Positions 9,772-19,763 of a DNA stretch of 45,347 bases are shown in pieces. The stretch comes from Candidatus Parvarchaeota archaeon (GTDB lineage: Archaea; Nanobdellota; Nanobdellia; Parvarchaeales; Parvarchaeaceae), in assembly GCA_023380585.1 (NCBI GenBank), contig JAMCRN010000004.1, positions 1-45,347 of the forward strand, read 5' to 3'. The translations under genes and the position numbers were made by a program. The notes under the pieces are model-generated. The model did not search any database. It was given only the letters and a program-made list of their open reading frames with translations, and had not been told where the DNA came from. Numbering within the stretch: position 1 is the stretch's first letter; the number at the start of each line of letters is the position of its first letter.

Positions 9772-11556
9772 TCATTTTTTATCGTCCATTGTAAGCCCAT
9801 AATCCTGCTCCAATCTCTTGGTGTCGATGCCGGAAGGGGAGCCGTCCAATGGGGACTGGAATTTCTTGTTTTTAGGGAACAGTATAAAGTCCCTTATGTC
9901 ATAGTTGCCTTTTAAGACAGCGACTAGCCTGTCCAACCCCAGGGCTATACCGCCATGTATCGGCGCCCCGAAGGAGAGCGCTCTCAGGAGGAATCCCAAT
10001 GAAGATTCGATCTGTTCTTCTGAAAGTCCCATCTTTGAGAGGACTTTTTTCTGCAACTCCGGCTCATGTATCCTTATAGAGCCTCCTCCTATCTCTATAC
10101 CGTTTAAGACAAGATCGTATCTCCTGCCGATAACCTTCTCTGGATGAGTATCGAGCAGCTTCACTGTATCCTGTGTTGGGGCGACAAATGGATTGTGCAT
10201 TGGCTGAAGGCTCCCGCTTATCTCGTCTCTCTCGAACAATGGGAACCTTTCCACCCATAAAAAAGCGTATCTGCTCCCTGCCATGCCAAGCAACAGGCCG
10301 ACTATCCTGCCTACCTTTGACATGGCGGAAAGAAGTAAGTTCTCGGACGTATCCGAACCTACAAGGATAAGGTCCCCATCCTTAGCATCCAGCTTTGAAA
10401 TGAGCTTTTTTTCCGCCTTTTTAAGTGAAGCGGTTATCGTCGGCGGATCCGATTCGATCTTGCCGTTGGAAACATAAACCCATGTAAGCCCTTTAAGGCC
10501 AAAGTTCTTAGCGACTTCTACAAGCTCCAGTATCTGTTTCTTGCTCAATTTTTGAGATTTCTTCCCCATTTCAGCTGGGAATCTGATAGCCTTGACCTTA
10601 CCGCCGGCTGCTATTACCCGTTTTATCACGTTGTAGTCTGTGTCTTCAAATTCCATCGTCGTGTCGATGAGAAAGTTTTTGAAACGCGTGTCTGGTTTGT
10701 CGCTTCCGTAAAGTTCCATGGCCTTGGAATAATCTATTTTCTGGAACGGCGTCGCCAGATCCAGCCCAAGGACTTGCTTGAAGACGCTTTTTAACATCCC
10801 TTCTATGAGTCCCTGTATATACGCTTCGTCCTTGAATGAGACCTCCAAGTCTACCTGTGTGAATTCCGGCTGGCGGTCTTCTCTTGGGTCTTCGTCTCTG
10901 AATACTTTAGCTATCTGGAAATACCTGTCCAAACCGCCGATCATGGCGATCTGCTTGTATATCTGCGGTGACTGCGGCAGGCCGTAAAACTTCCCTTTGT
11001 TTGACCTGGATGGACTTATGAACGTCCTGGAACCGCTTGCATCAAAAGTATCTCTTACTAGTATAGGCGTCTCCAGCTCAAGGAAGCCGTTTTCCCAAAA
11101 GAACTTGCGTATGCATTTGGTCACGGCGTCCCTAAACTCTACGTTCTCTATCATCTTCCTTCTCCTCAGGTCAAGGTACCTGTATTCCATCCTTAATTCG
11201 TCTGACGGCAAAAACTTCTCCTTCTCCTCCGTTATCTCAAATACTGGGACTTTCGAAGTGCTTATTACATTGAAAGAAGAGACCAGGATCTCTACCTTGC
11301 CCGTGGGGTTCTCACTGTCTATATTGTCGCTGCTCCTTCCCCTTACCTTTCCGGAAACAGATATCACATACTCCCTGCCTATTGATTCCGCAGCTCCCTT
11401 TATCTCGCCTTCAAAGACAAGCTGGGTCGTGCCATATCTGTCAGCGAGGTCTATGAAAAGCTTTCCGCCATGGTCGCGTATATACCTGCACCACCCGTTT
11501 ACTGTCACAGCCTTTCCTATGTCGGCCTCTCTGGCTTTTCCGCAGTTTATTTCCAT
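9772..11556 (-). CDS. aspS: Aspartyl-tRNA synthetase, bacterial-type with GAD insertion, probably non-discriminating
   Basis: RDHGG, RYLDLRR, LPQSPQIYKQ, FRDEDPREDRQPEFTQVDLE, YGSDKPD, GAD insert, GGGSIRIH, GAPIHGGIALGLDRL. ATG at 11556 with GGAGG upstream. Confidence 0.95.
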   Translation of the reverse strand: MEINCGKAREADIGKAVTVNGWCRYIRDHGGKLFIDLADRYGTTQLVFEGEIKGAAESIGREYVISVSGKVRGRSSDNIDSENPTGKVEILVSSFNVISTSKVPVFEITEEKEKFLPSDELRMEYRYLDLRRRKMIENVEFRDAVTKCIRKFFWENGFLELETPILVRDTFDASGSRTFISPSRSNKGKFYGLPQSPQIYKQIAMIGGLDRYFQIAKVFRDEDPREDRQPEFTQVDLEVSFKDEAYIQGLIEGMLKSVFKQVLGLDLATPFQKIDYSKAMELYGSDKPDTRFKNFLIDTTMEFEDTDYNVIKRVIAAGGKVKAIRFPAEMGKKSQKLSKKQILELVEVAKNFGLKGLTWVYVSNGKIESDPPTITASLKKAEKKLISKLDAKDGDLILVGSDTSENLLLSAMSKVGRIVGLLLGMAGSRYAFLWVERFPLFERDEISGSLQPMHNPFVAPTQDTVKLLDTHPEKVIGRRYDLVLNGIEIGGGSIRIHEPELQKKVLSKMGLSEEQIESSLGFLLRALSFGAPIHGGIALGLDRLVAVLKGNYDIRDFILFPKNKKFQSPLDGSPSGIDTKRLEQDYGLTMDDKK

Positions 11557-11562
11557 CAAAGA

Positions 11563-12858
11563 CTAATCATCCTCCCCGGTTAATATCTTTTTCGCCTCTT
11601 CTGCGACCGATTTCTGCGGCAGGCCGTATTTCCTGGAGACCGTATCAACTATAAAGTCGATGACTTTCGGGTTTTTCCTGTATCTCTTCAAAATATCCGG
11701 GTCATTTTCAAGTTCTTTTGATATGAACTCCCTGATCTTTAGCTTATCTGGCGTTTTATAGTCAGGCTTCAGTCCTTTCCTTATCCTTTCCATGATCTCT
11801 TTGTCTATTTGCACTCCGGCTTTTATGTATTCTGCTATTAGGCTGAAAGATTTTTCGTTCACTGAAGACCTGAACCTCTTCCCCGCTTCGACCACGTTCA
11901 AAATCGTGGAAGGATCGTACGCTGTTGAATTTAAACCATGATTTAAGAGACTGAGGGAATGCCTGTCAAATGCAACCAGCTGCATTATCGTGTCATAATC
12001 GAGTCCATTGCGTGAGGCGATAGACTTCGCCGTTTTCCTCACGTCTGCTTCTATATCCCCGGTCTTTATTTTTGAAGTGTCGTAATCTTCTAGGTCCGTT
12101 TCATAGATGTAGCCGTATTCCTCCTCGCTCTCCTTCTCTCTAGACGGCTCTGTCCTTTGCGATCGTTCGTCGTACCTCCTCGTTTCTTTTACTGGCTCGT
12201 TTCCCCTGGAAAGCAGGGACGCCTGCCTAGAGGCTTCGTATGCGGCAGCGTCCAGCAGGTTTTTTATACCTGTGACGTTCTTGACTTCGACCCTGTTGCT
12301 TCCCAATGAGATATTAAGATCGGTCTTTATCTCTTTGTCTATGTCTACGCCAAGATAATACAGGATTGACCACAATACGTACAAAAATTCCTTAAGCTCC
12401 TTTTCGCTCTTTATGTCAGGCTCCGTGACTATCTCCACTAGAGGAGTGCCGGAACGGTTAAAGTCTATTAGGCTGTATCTGTCCTCTCTTATCAATTTTG
12501 CCGGATCTTCTTCTATCTGTACCCTGCGTATCCTTATTTCTGTGTTTTCAAGCTTTATCTTCCCATCTCTTCCTATAGCGCCATCGATTTGCGTTATCTG
12601 GTAGGATTTCGGAAGGTCAGGATAAAAATACGTCTTCCTAACGAAGGAGATACTTCCGTTCACTACACATCCCAGGGCTATGCATACTGATTTCGCTATC
12701 CTTACTGCCTCGCCGTTGAGATATGGTTTCGAGCCGGGAAGACCCATGCATGTCGGACAAACGTTTGTGTTGGGCTGGTCGGCGTCTGCAGTGCTGCAGC
12801 TGCAGAAAAGCTTTGACCTTGTAGGCAACGCGACGTGCACTTCTAAGCCTATTTTCAT
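11563..12858 (-). CDS. gatB: Asp/Glu-tRNA amidotransferase subunit B (short C-terminal domain)
   Basis: KIGLEVHV, KLFCSC, CPTCMGLPG, RKTYFYPDLPKSYQITQ, EED, DFNRSGTPLVEIVTEPD, VEVKN. Confidence 0.95.
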   Translation of the reverse strand: MKIGLEVHVALPTRSKLFCSCSTADADQPNTNVCPTCMGLPGSKPYLNGEAVRIAKSVCIALGCVVNGSISFVRKTYFYPDLPKSYQITQIDGAIGRDGKIKLENTEIRIRRVQIEEDPAKLIREDRYSLIDFNRSGTPLVEIVTEPDIKSEKELKEFLYVLWSILYYLGVDIDKEIKTDLNISLGSNRVEVKNVTGIKNLLDAAAYEASRQASLLSRGNEPVKETRRYDERSQRTEPSREKESEEEYGYIYETDLEDYDTSKIKTGDIEADVRKTAKSIASRNGLDYDTIMQLVAFDRHSLSLLNHGLNSTAYDPSTILNVVEAGKRFRSSVNEKSFSLIAEYIKAGVQIDKEIMERIRKGLKPDYKTPDKLKIREFISKELENDPDILKRYRKNPKVIDFIVDTVSRKYGLPQKSVAEEAKKILTGEDD

Positions 12859-14201
12859 ATTTCACCTATATTATACTTGAATCTGTAGATGAAATCCTTC
12901 TCCCACTCTTTTCCAAAGGACAGTATAGAAAGATCCTCCATATGATCGCCTATGATCTGCATCCCTGTAGGCAGGCCTCCTACATAATCAGAAGGTAGGG
13001 ATATCGAAGGAAAGCCGCACAGGTTCGGCGGTATGGTCAATACATCCATTGAATAGTTCTGCACCGGAGTAAACGCCCTGGCTTCCTCTATCTTAGGCGC
13101 CAGGACCGGCATGGAAGGGGATATAATGAAAGAACCGTCCAGGATCTCTTTAAGCCGGTTTATTATTAGCCTCCTCACCTTCAGGGCCTTTTCATAGTAC
13201 ATGCTGCGCACGCTGGCGCTCCTGATAAAACTTCCCAGGACTATCTTTCTTTTGGCCTCCTCTCCAAATACGTTCCTGGAAGCGGAAAAGAAGGAATTAT
13301 AGTCCATGGAGAAGTCGGTGAGCTGTTCCCCATATTTGAACCCGGTGTATTTGGCGAGGTTTGTAGAGGCCTCAGCCATAGATACTATATAGTATGCGGG
13401 GACGGCGTATCCTATCTCGTTTACATCCTCATATCCTATCTTGAATCCCTTTGCTGAAAGCCTCCTGACGGAACGGTCGAATGAGGCTTTTATGCCCTTG
13501 TCCAGCCGCTCATAGAGCTGGTTTATTATCACTAGCCTGTCTTTTTCCTTTTTTAGGGGCTTAAAATCCGCACATGTAGAGTCGAATCCGTCCTTCCCCA
13601 CAGAAAGCTTGAAGACGTCAGATATGTCTTCGGAGGACCTGGCAATGAATCCTATCTTGTCCAAAGAGTTCGCATAGTCTATAAGACCATATCTTGATAT
13701 GACCCCATAGGTCGGCGTAAAACCCACTACGCCGCAAAAGCACGCCGGAGCAGATATAGACCCTCCAGTGGATTCAGCTATGGCCAAATGGTATTTCATG
13801 ATGGAAGCGGCAACGGCCGCACCGCTGCTTGACCCGCCTGCGACCCGCTCTTCATCGAAGGGGTTCCTAGCCGGGCTGATACAATTTATACCGAAGCTCC
13901 CGAACCCGAATTCATCCATGTTCGTTTTGCCAAGCACAGAGAAGCCGGCATCCTTTAATTTTTGTACGACCGTAGCATCGAATGGAGGCTTATATCCTTT
14001 TAGCATTCTAGAAGACGCTGTCGCTTCCATCCCGTCCACGCATATATTGTCTTTTACGCTTATCGGAAATCCTCTGTCTACGTCATGGCTGATCTCATTG
14101 AAGGCATGCAACCTGCCGTTTATCCTCTCCAGTTCCTGGATAAGATTCACGTAGTAATCTTCTGGTTTTTTCTTTTTTGAGAAGTCCCTTAAGCTGCTCA
14201 T
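12855..14201 (-). CDS. gatA: Asp/Glu-tRNA amidotransferase subunit A
   Basis: Amidase signature ISVKDNI, GKTNMDEF, GGSSSGAA, ESTGGSI, YGVISRYGL, AEASTNL; 4-bp overlaps with gatC and gatB. Confidence 0.95.
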   Translation of the reverse strand: MSSLRDFSKKKKPEDYYVNLIQELERINGRLHAFNEISHDVDRGFPISVKDNICVDGMEATASSRMLKGYKPPFDATVVQKLKDAGFSVLGKTNMDEFGFGSFGINCISPARNPFDEERVAGGSSSGAAVAASIMKYHLAIAESTGGSISAPACFCGVVGFTPTYGVISRYGLIDYANSLDKIGFIARSSEDISDVFKLSVGKDGFDSTCADFKPLKKEKDRLVIINQLYERLDKGIKASFDRSVRRLSAKGFKIGYEDVNEIGYAVPAYYIVSMAEASTNLAKYTGFKYGEQLTDFSMDYNSFFSASRNVFGEEAKRKIVLGSFIRSASVRSMYYEKALKVRRLIINRLKEILDGSFIISPSMPVLAPKIEEARAFTPVQNYSMDVLTIPPNLCGFPSISLPSDYVGGLPTGMQIIGDHMEDLSILSFGKEWEKDFIYRFKYNIGEI

Positions 14202-14470
14202 ACCTTAGGCCCCAACACAAAAAACCTGTGTGTCTTAGTGTTTTTAAGCAGCCTCTCGCTCTTGTCGAAACGTATCACTTTGTCTTTCCTGGTCTGGCCT
14301 TGCAATTCTATTGGATGAAAAGCCGGCCGGAGGTCATGCGTGTCAACTTTGGATATCTGGTCAAAATATTTCAGTATTTCCTCCGTATCATCCTTGAGCC
14401 TGTCCTTTTCCTTCTTGTCGAGGTCCAGCCTGCATATCTTTAGAAGACGTTCGAATTCAGATTTTTCCAT
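14198..14470 (-). CDS. gatC: Asp/Glu-tRNA amidotransferase subunit C
   Basis: 90 aa; CRLDL..ILKYFDQISKVDT..RKD..FFVLGPKV; directly upstream of gatA. Confidence 0.9.
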   Translation of the reverse strand: MEKSEFERLLKICRLDLDKKEKDRLKDDTEEILKYFDQISKVDTHDLRPAFHPIELQGQTRKDKVIRFDKSERLLKNTKTHRFFVLGPKV

Positions 14471-14548
14471 AATAATATTATGTTGCCTTAAAGATTATTA
14501 TTCTCTGTTTTCCAGTGCTTCTCGTCTAAGGAATCGGCCATAACATGG

Positions 14549-15922
14549 TCAGATGCCATCAAGCCTCTCTATCTCTACTGGAGAAGGATACCTGTTGAGC
14601 TCCCTTGCTTCGTTCCTGTGCATCTCTATATAAGTCTCAAGCAATGGCTCTGTGAAAACACCCTTTAAAAAGGCATTGTCGGATTCCAGGGAATCGAGCG
14701 CCTGCTCCAGGCTGCTTGGTAGTTGCTTTACGCCGAGTTTTTTTATCTCCTCTTTGGAAAGCCTGTAGATGCTTTTATTGATGGGATCGCCGGGGTCTAT
14801 TTTCTTCCTTATGCCGTCTATTTCGGCCAAGGCTATGGCTGAAAGCGCAAGATAAGGGTTCGCTGAAGGGTCTGGTGCCCTATACTCTATCCTCTTGGTC
14901 TTTTCCATGTCTTTCTTGTAAGATGGCACGCGTACTATAGCGCTCCTGTTTGAGCGGCCCCATGCTATGTATACCGGAGCTTCGAACCCAGGTGTAAGCC
15001 TTCTGTAACTGTTCGTAGTCGGAGAAACTATGGCAGAAAGAGCGTCAGCATGCTGCATTATGCCACCGACAGCATACCTTCCTAGCTGACTTAGCTGGGC
15101 GTAATCGTCTTCGGCGTCGTAAAACGCATTTTTGCCGTCTTTTCCGGATAGGCTCGTGTTGACGTGCATGCCACTTCCATTGTCTCCGAAAAATGGTTTT
15201 GGTACGAAGCTGGCGTGCTTTCCGTCCGCGTGCGCTATGTTCCTGGCGGCATATTTCAGGGTCTGCACCATGTCCGCTGTATCTACCAGTCTGCCGAATC
15301 TGAAGTTTATCTCCACCTGGCCGTTCGTCGCCACTTCATGATGCGACGCCTCTATATCGAAACCAAAAGAGTCCTGTAGGGCCTCGACTATCTTTGACCT
15401 GGTGTCATATGTCCTATCAATCGGCTGCGATGAGTAATAACCTTCTTTGTAACCTATCGCCGGAGAGGACCCTATGCTCGGGTTCTCTTCTGAGCGAAGC
15501 GAGTAGCCCAAACCTGTGGAAGGGGTTTGATTATGGAAAGCGAACCCGTCGATTATGAAGAACTCCACTTCCGGCCCGAAGAAGCCAGAATAACCCATGT
15601 CGTTTATGACAGATTCCGTCTTTTCTGCCACATATCTCGGGTCCTTTTCGAACCTTTTAGAACCACCTGCATAGCTTATCTTATTGAGCACTCTAGAAGT
15701 ATCTGGTTTCCATGGAAGCCTCTTTTCAGTATCCATAACAGGAGTCAGGACCATGTCGCTTTCTTCTATCCCCATAAAGCCTGGTATGCTGCTGCCGTCG
15801 AGTTTTGAAAATCCTGTCTCTATGTTTTCTTTTGTCATCTGAGAAGACGGGACTATGACTTCCCTCAGCCTGCCAGAAATGTCAGTGAACTGCAATGCGA
15901 CCCATTTCTTCTTTTTTTTCAT
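14549..15922 (-). CDS. glnA: Glutamine synthetase type I
   Basis: FTDISG, DGSSIPGF, GPEVEFF, HHEVA, PKPFFGDNGSGMH, NSYRRLTPGFEAP, NRSAIVRVP, RIEYRAPDPSANPYLA. Confidence 0.96.
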   Translation of the reverse strand: MKKKKKWVALQFTDISGRLREVIVPSSQMTKENIETGFSKLDGSSIPGFMGIEESDMVLTPVMDTEKRLPWKPDTSRVLNKISYAGGSKRFEKDPRYVAEKTESVINDMGYSGFFGPEVEFFIIDGFAFHNQTPSTGLGYSLRSEENPSIGSSPAIGYKEGYYSSQPIDRTYDTRSKIVEALQDSFGFDIEASHHEVATNGQVEINFRFGRLVDTADMVQTLKYAARNIAHADGKHASFVPKPFFGDNGSGMHVNTSLSGKDGKNAFYDAEDDYAQLSQLGRYAVGGIMQHADALSAIVSPTTNSYRRLTPGFEAPVYIAWGRSNRSAIVRVPSYKKDMEKTKRIEYRAPDPSANPYLALSAIALAEIDGIRKKIDPGDPINKSIYRLSKEEIKKLGVKQLPSSLEQALDSLESDNAFLKGVFTEPLLETYIEMHRNEARELNRYPSPVEIERLDGI

Positions 15923-16039
15923 AGAATATCCGTACGCACATCTGATACTCTATAAAGATTACAGAACATATATAAGCATTTTGGCGGACAAAAAAGACGC
16001 TTCTATGTGTATCGTATCGGCTTATGCTATGCAGACAGG

Positions 16040-16903
16040 TCAGCTATAGCTCTTGTTTACGGGTGCAGACGTGATCTGTGAACTCGAAGACGGCGCTGTG
16101 CCTATCGATGAAAGATTCACACCGAGCATGACACTGCTGTTCTGTACGACCGACAAAGACAGCGGCAGCCCTGTTTCAGCCGAAATGCAATATGTAAATG
16201 ATACCGGACCACCTGAAATGTTCGGTGGTGAAGTTACCTTCTCTATGTAGCAGCTGTACCCAAGCATCGACTTGCTGCCTAAAAACTGTATTGATGCGCC
16301 TTTAAAGACTGAAAGCGGTGATATAGAACCTACAGACGTGTTTGAAACGGACGTGATTATAAGCGGGATAGTATTGAAAATGTACGCCATATCAAAGGAA
16401 GTAATATTACTTGGGACTGGGAACTTGCTGCAGGAAAGGAACGAGCGTGAATTTATCGCGGATATCGTGGACTCTATAGTAGAATTGACTGGTGTGCTGT
16501 TTGTATAGAACTCCTGTCTGCATACAGAGAGGTCTTTTCCATCGAAGAAAGTTATGGCTTTTGTATTAAGAGACGCCGATGTATTAGGGACTAGATAGCG
16601 TGCAATGACATTGGCCCTGAACTCCTGGCCGTATTTCTCTATCCAAAATGTCCCTGGGTAGGAAAGATCTGATTGCCCCTGATTATAAAAAGAAAAAACG
16701 AACGAGAAGTTGAAAGGTGGAGAAGAAGCGTAAAGACTTTGCGAAGCCGACGCAAGTTGTGTGATATCCGACGAAGACTGCAGAGAGACGGCTGGACCTG
16801 TGCTTTTATTGAACCCTCCTATTAAAAACAAGATGGCGGTCACGACCAGCACGGCTCCTATCCCGATGATTATATTTTTCTCCACAAGCCTATTATCACG
16901 CAA
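16040..16903 (-). CDS. Hypothetical membrane-anchored secreted protein (possible LolA-like beta fold)
   Basis: N-terminal TM, Ser/Thr-rich, four Cys; C-terminal pattern G-x-S-C..YC I..ETGLPL. Start uncertain (TTG/GTG). Confidence 0.7.
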   Translation of the reverse strand: MRDNRLVEKNIIIGIGAVLVVTAILFLIGGFNKSTGPAVSLQSSSDITQLASASQSLYASSPPFNFSFVFSFYNQGQSDLSYPGTFWIEKYGQEFRANVIARYLVPNTSASLNTKAITFFDGKDLSVCRQEFYTNSTPVNSTIESTISAINSRSFLSCSKFPVPSNITSFDMAYIFNTIPLIITSVSNTSVGSISPLSVFKGASIQFLGSKSMLGYSCYIEKVTSPPNISGGPVSFTYCISAETGLPLSLSVVQNSSVMLGVNLSSIGTAPSSSSQITSAPVNKSYS

Positions 16904-16943
16904 TCGCTTATATACATTGGCTTTTGCTGTATAAATTAATTAG

Positions 16944-18212
16944 ATGGAAGCGACAACTAATAAGATGAGATACAGGGACAAGGACGAAGCTTTCAAGTTC
17001 TTTTTGATATCAAGGGCGACAAGGAGCATAGCACTCGTGTTCGTCACGCTATCCCTGCCTCTTTACATGCTTTACTTGCATTACCAGATACTTGACATAG
17101 GCATAATATACTTTGCCATAATAGCCGTCAACGCGCTCTTCTCCATGCTTCTCGGGGCTTTGGGGGACAGGGTAGGGTATAAAAATGCTCTGATCATCGG
17201 AGAGACCCTGCCTCTGGTTGGACTGACATTGCTGGCGTCATATACGAATATAACTACAGTGGTGATCGCAGCGGCGCTCAGCGGCGTAGCTGGAGTCGCA
17301 GGAGGGATAAGAGGGACTTTTTCTCCCGGCTCGACCGCGCTTATCGTAAGCAACTGGAAAAATGAAAAGAGGAGGGTCGACAAGCTTGCAAAGACGATAT
17401 ACGTCGGATCAGCATCTGCTATATTAGGCGGCCTTATGCTTTACCTAAAAGGGGCGGCACTAGGCGCTTTTGGGGAAATAAACAGTTTCAGGATTTTGTT
17501 TGGGGTGTCCGCGTTTTTGATATTGATATCTTTGATCTCCTTGTTTTTTGTGGTAGAGGTAAGGAGGCCGAAGAAGACGACTATTGTCATGAAAATCGGC
17601 AGCCTTAAGTATTCCTTCAGGGTGATAGCTTCAAATGTGTTGAACGGGTTCGGTATAGGCATCGCGCTTCCTCTGCTCCCTATTTTTTTCGTGCTTAAAT
17701 ATGGCGTAAATACAGGCGAGATAGGCGCTATATACACTATATCATATGCCGCTACGGCGCTTGCAGCTTATTTCGCGATCGGAAGGATACATTCGAAAAA
17801 GTTTTCCGCTCTGCTTACTGCTTCATATACAAGAGTCCTCCAAGGGCTTATGCTCCTTCTTCTTGCGTTTTCGCCGTTTTTTGCACTAGCCTCTGTCTTA
17901 TTTGTAATCAGGTCTTTCGTAGCAGGCTTTGGGTCCCCGTCTAGAAGCGCCGTCAATATGCGAGGCATCAATGATCAGGATTATGGTACGGCGTCCAGCG
18001 TGATGGGATTGGCAAACAGACTATCCCAGACAAGCTCCGGCCTGTCTGGTTATCTCATGGAACTTTCTCTGTCGTCTCCTGCGCTTATCGGGGGAGCTAT
18101 GCAGATGGTAAGCGGATTTATCTATTTACGATTGCTATCGCCCAAGAAGAGAATACGCAAAAACGCCATCAGTTTACCAGCTCCCGCCTCGAATAGACGA
18201 GAAAAGCCATGA
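16944..18212 (+). CDS. MFS transporter
   Basis: 12-TM pattern, motif A GALGDRVGYK; its 3' end overlaps the convergent ABC permease by 44 bp. Confidence 0.9.
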   Translation: MEATTNKMRYRDKDEAFKFFLISRATRSIALVFVTLSLPLYMLYLHYQILDIGIIYFAIIAVNALFSMLLGALGDRVGYKNALIIGETLPLVGLTLLASYTNITTVVIAAALSGVAGVAGGIRGTFSPGSTALIVSNWKNEKRRVDKLAKTIYVGSASAILGGLMLYLKGAALGAFGEINSFRILFGVSAFLILISLISLFFVVEVRRPKKTTIVMKIGSLKYSFRVIASNVLNGFGIGIALPLLPIFFVLKYGVNTGEIGAIYTISYAATALAAYFAIGRIHSKKFSALLTASYTRVLQGLMLLLLAFSPFFALASVLFVIRSFVAGFGSPSRSAVNMRGINDQDYGTASSVMGLANRLSQTSSGLSGYLMELSLSSPALIGGAMQMVSGFIYLRLLSPKKRIRKNAISLPAPASNRREKP

Positions 18213-18948
18213 TCAGCGAAAAGAAAGCATACACTGCCATTATCAGCACGGCTTCCTGCACATATGGAGTATAACGGAAAAAATAGCTTCCAGGATTGAC
18301 ATGTGCGGGGTATGGGACGATGAGCGCGTTGCCTATGGCAAGCCCTGCATATGGCAGGAAGAACCATGGCTCTATACCAAAGAAGTTCTCGAGCACCGCA
18401 AATATGAAGACTGAAAGCAACGTTATACTCAGTCCGATATTTATGGCGTCTGCCTTTCTTCTTGATATTGTACCGGCCATCGCTATAAGGCTGCTGAATG
18501 AAAAAGCATAGAGAAAAGCGATGGAATATGAAAGCAGGACGTTGTTCATAGATGTTGAGTAGATGCTGTAGCCGAGTATCCACCCTGCTATATACATCAT
18601 GCTCACTGGCAGAAGCACAACCAATACCGAAGCGAGGAGTCTAGCAGACAATATAATATATCTTTTGACGGGCTGGGAAAGTATCAATAATCCAGCCTTT
18701 TCATCGAAGTCCCTTATGCCTATCCCTCCCGCTACGTTAGTGCACGTGAGCCCTATCATAAGCCATACCACGAGCCCGAAACTGGAGAAAAACTCCTGGC
18801 TTGAAAAGGAGCCCTTTATGGAAAGGAAGGACAGAAGGCCGACAAGAATGACAGAAAGGATTGAAAAGGATATTATCGCAGCTTTGCTGGACTTAAGCTG
18901 GTTCATGAAGAACACATAAAAAACGCGCAATGCGGACATGTCAAACAC
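18169..18948 (-). CDS. ABC-2 type transporter permease
   Basis: Six TM; IRDFDEK..LILSQPVKR..ARLLA motif; coupled to the upstream ATPase. Confidence 0.85.
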   Translation of the reverse strand: MFDMSALRVFYVFFMNQLKSSKAAIISFSILSVILVGLLSFLSIKGSFSSQEFFSSFGLVVWLMIGLTCTNVAGGIGIRDFDEKAGLLILSQPVKRYIILSARLLASVLVVLLPVSMMYIAGWILGYSIYSTSMNNVLLSYSIAFLYAFSFSSLIAMAGTISRRKADAINIGLSITLLSVFIFAVLENFFGIEPWFFLPYAGLAIGNALIVPYPAHVNPGSYFFRYTPYVQEAVLIMAVYAFFSLIMAFLVYSRRELVN

Positions 18949-19672
18949 CCCTTACTAATTTTAAATATGCCTCCTCGAGCCCTGGGACGCCGGCCTTTCT
19001 TTTCCCAAAATGTAGCGTTATGTTCCTTACGGAGTCCAGGATCAGGAGCTTCCCATTGTTCACCACTGCAGCCATGCGGCAGAGTTCCTTTACCTCCTGC
19101 AGGATATGAGAGCTCATGAGGATGAGTTTCCTTCGCCCAAGATCTTTCAGCACTCTCTTTATGTCATGGGTTTCCGCGGGATCCAGGCCTGATGTGGGCT
19201 CGTCTAAAAGAAGTATCGGCGTGTCAGGCAGGAGCACTGCTGCCAAGACCACCCGCTGTTTATTGCCTTTAGACAGTGTACCGCACTTCGTATCCAGGCT
19301 TTCAAGGCTCAGCTGCTTTTTTAATATAGATATCCTTTTTTCCAAGTCTGCCGGGTTGATCTCCCTTATACTGCCGATAAACGTCAGGAACTCTTTTATG
19401 CTGAACTCAGGATATGGCTCAGGAGTCTCTACCAGTGATGAGACATAGCGTAGGCCTGCTTGGTAGTCTTTAGTCATGTCTATGCCGTTAACTAAAGCGC
19501 TTCCGGAAGAAGGGCTCAGAAGATGGGAGAATATCTTTAAAGTAGTGGTCTTGCCTGCGCCGTTCGGCCCAAGGTAACCGACTATGCCGGGTCCTGATAG
19601 TTTAAAATTGACGTGGTCCAACGCGATCTTAGGACCGAACTTCTTCGTCAGATCCACCGCTTTCAATTCCAT
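18941..19672 (-). CDS. ABC-2 type transporter ATP-binding protein
   Basis: Walker A GPNGAGKTT, signature LSKGNKQR, Walker B LLLDEPTSGLD, H-loop SSH. Confidence 0.95.
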   Translation of the reverse strand: MELKAVDLTKKFGPKIALDHVNFKLSGPGIVGYLGPNGAGKTTTLKIFSHLLSPSSGSALVNGIDMTKDYQAGLRYVSSLVETPEPYPEFSIKEFLTFIGSIREINPADLEKRISILKKQLSLESLDTKCGTLSKGNKQRVVLAAVLLPDTPILLLDEPTSGLDPAETHDIKRVLKDLGRRKLILMSSHILQEVKELCRMAAVVNNGKLLILDSVRNITLHFGKRKAGVPGLEEAYLKLVRGV

Positions 19673-19717
19673 GCATACCCTAATTATAATATCTATGCAT
19701 GGATATTAATAATCCAT
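19668..19717. promoter_or_regulatory. Inverted repeats over the ABC exporter promoter/start (putative operator)
   Basis: TCCATGCATA (19668-19677) / TATGCATGGA (19694-19703) form a perfect 10-bp IR; an overlapping ATGGAT/ATCCAT IR spans 19699-19717. Confidence 0.4.
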
Positions 19718-19763
19718 TGCTTCTTCATCGGTAGGGATACTCACTCTAGGTTATCGCAGCGGG

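Noticed and set aside
15905..15922. A8 run at the start of glnA (MKKKKKW) as a frameshift or phase-variation site
   Set aside because: The frame is intact, the other frames give no GS-like upstream extension, and a TATA box sits ~28 nt before this ATG.
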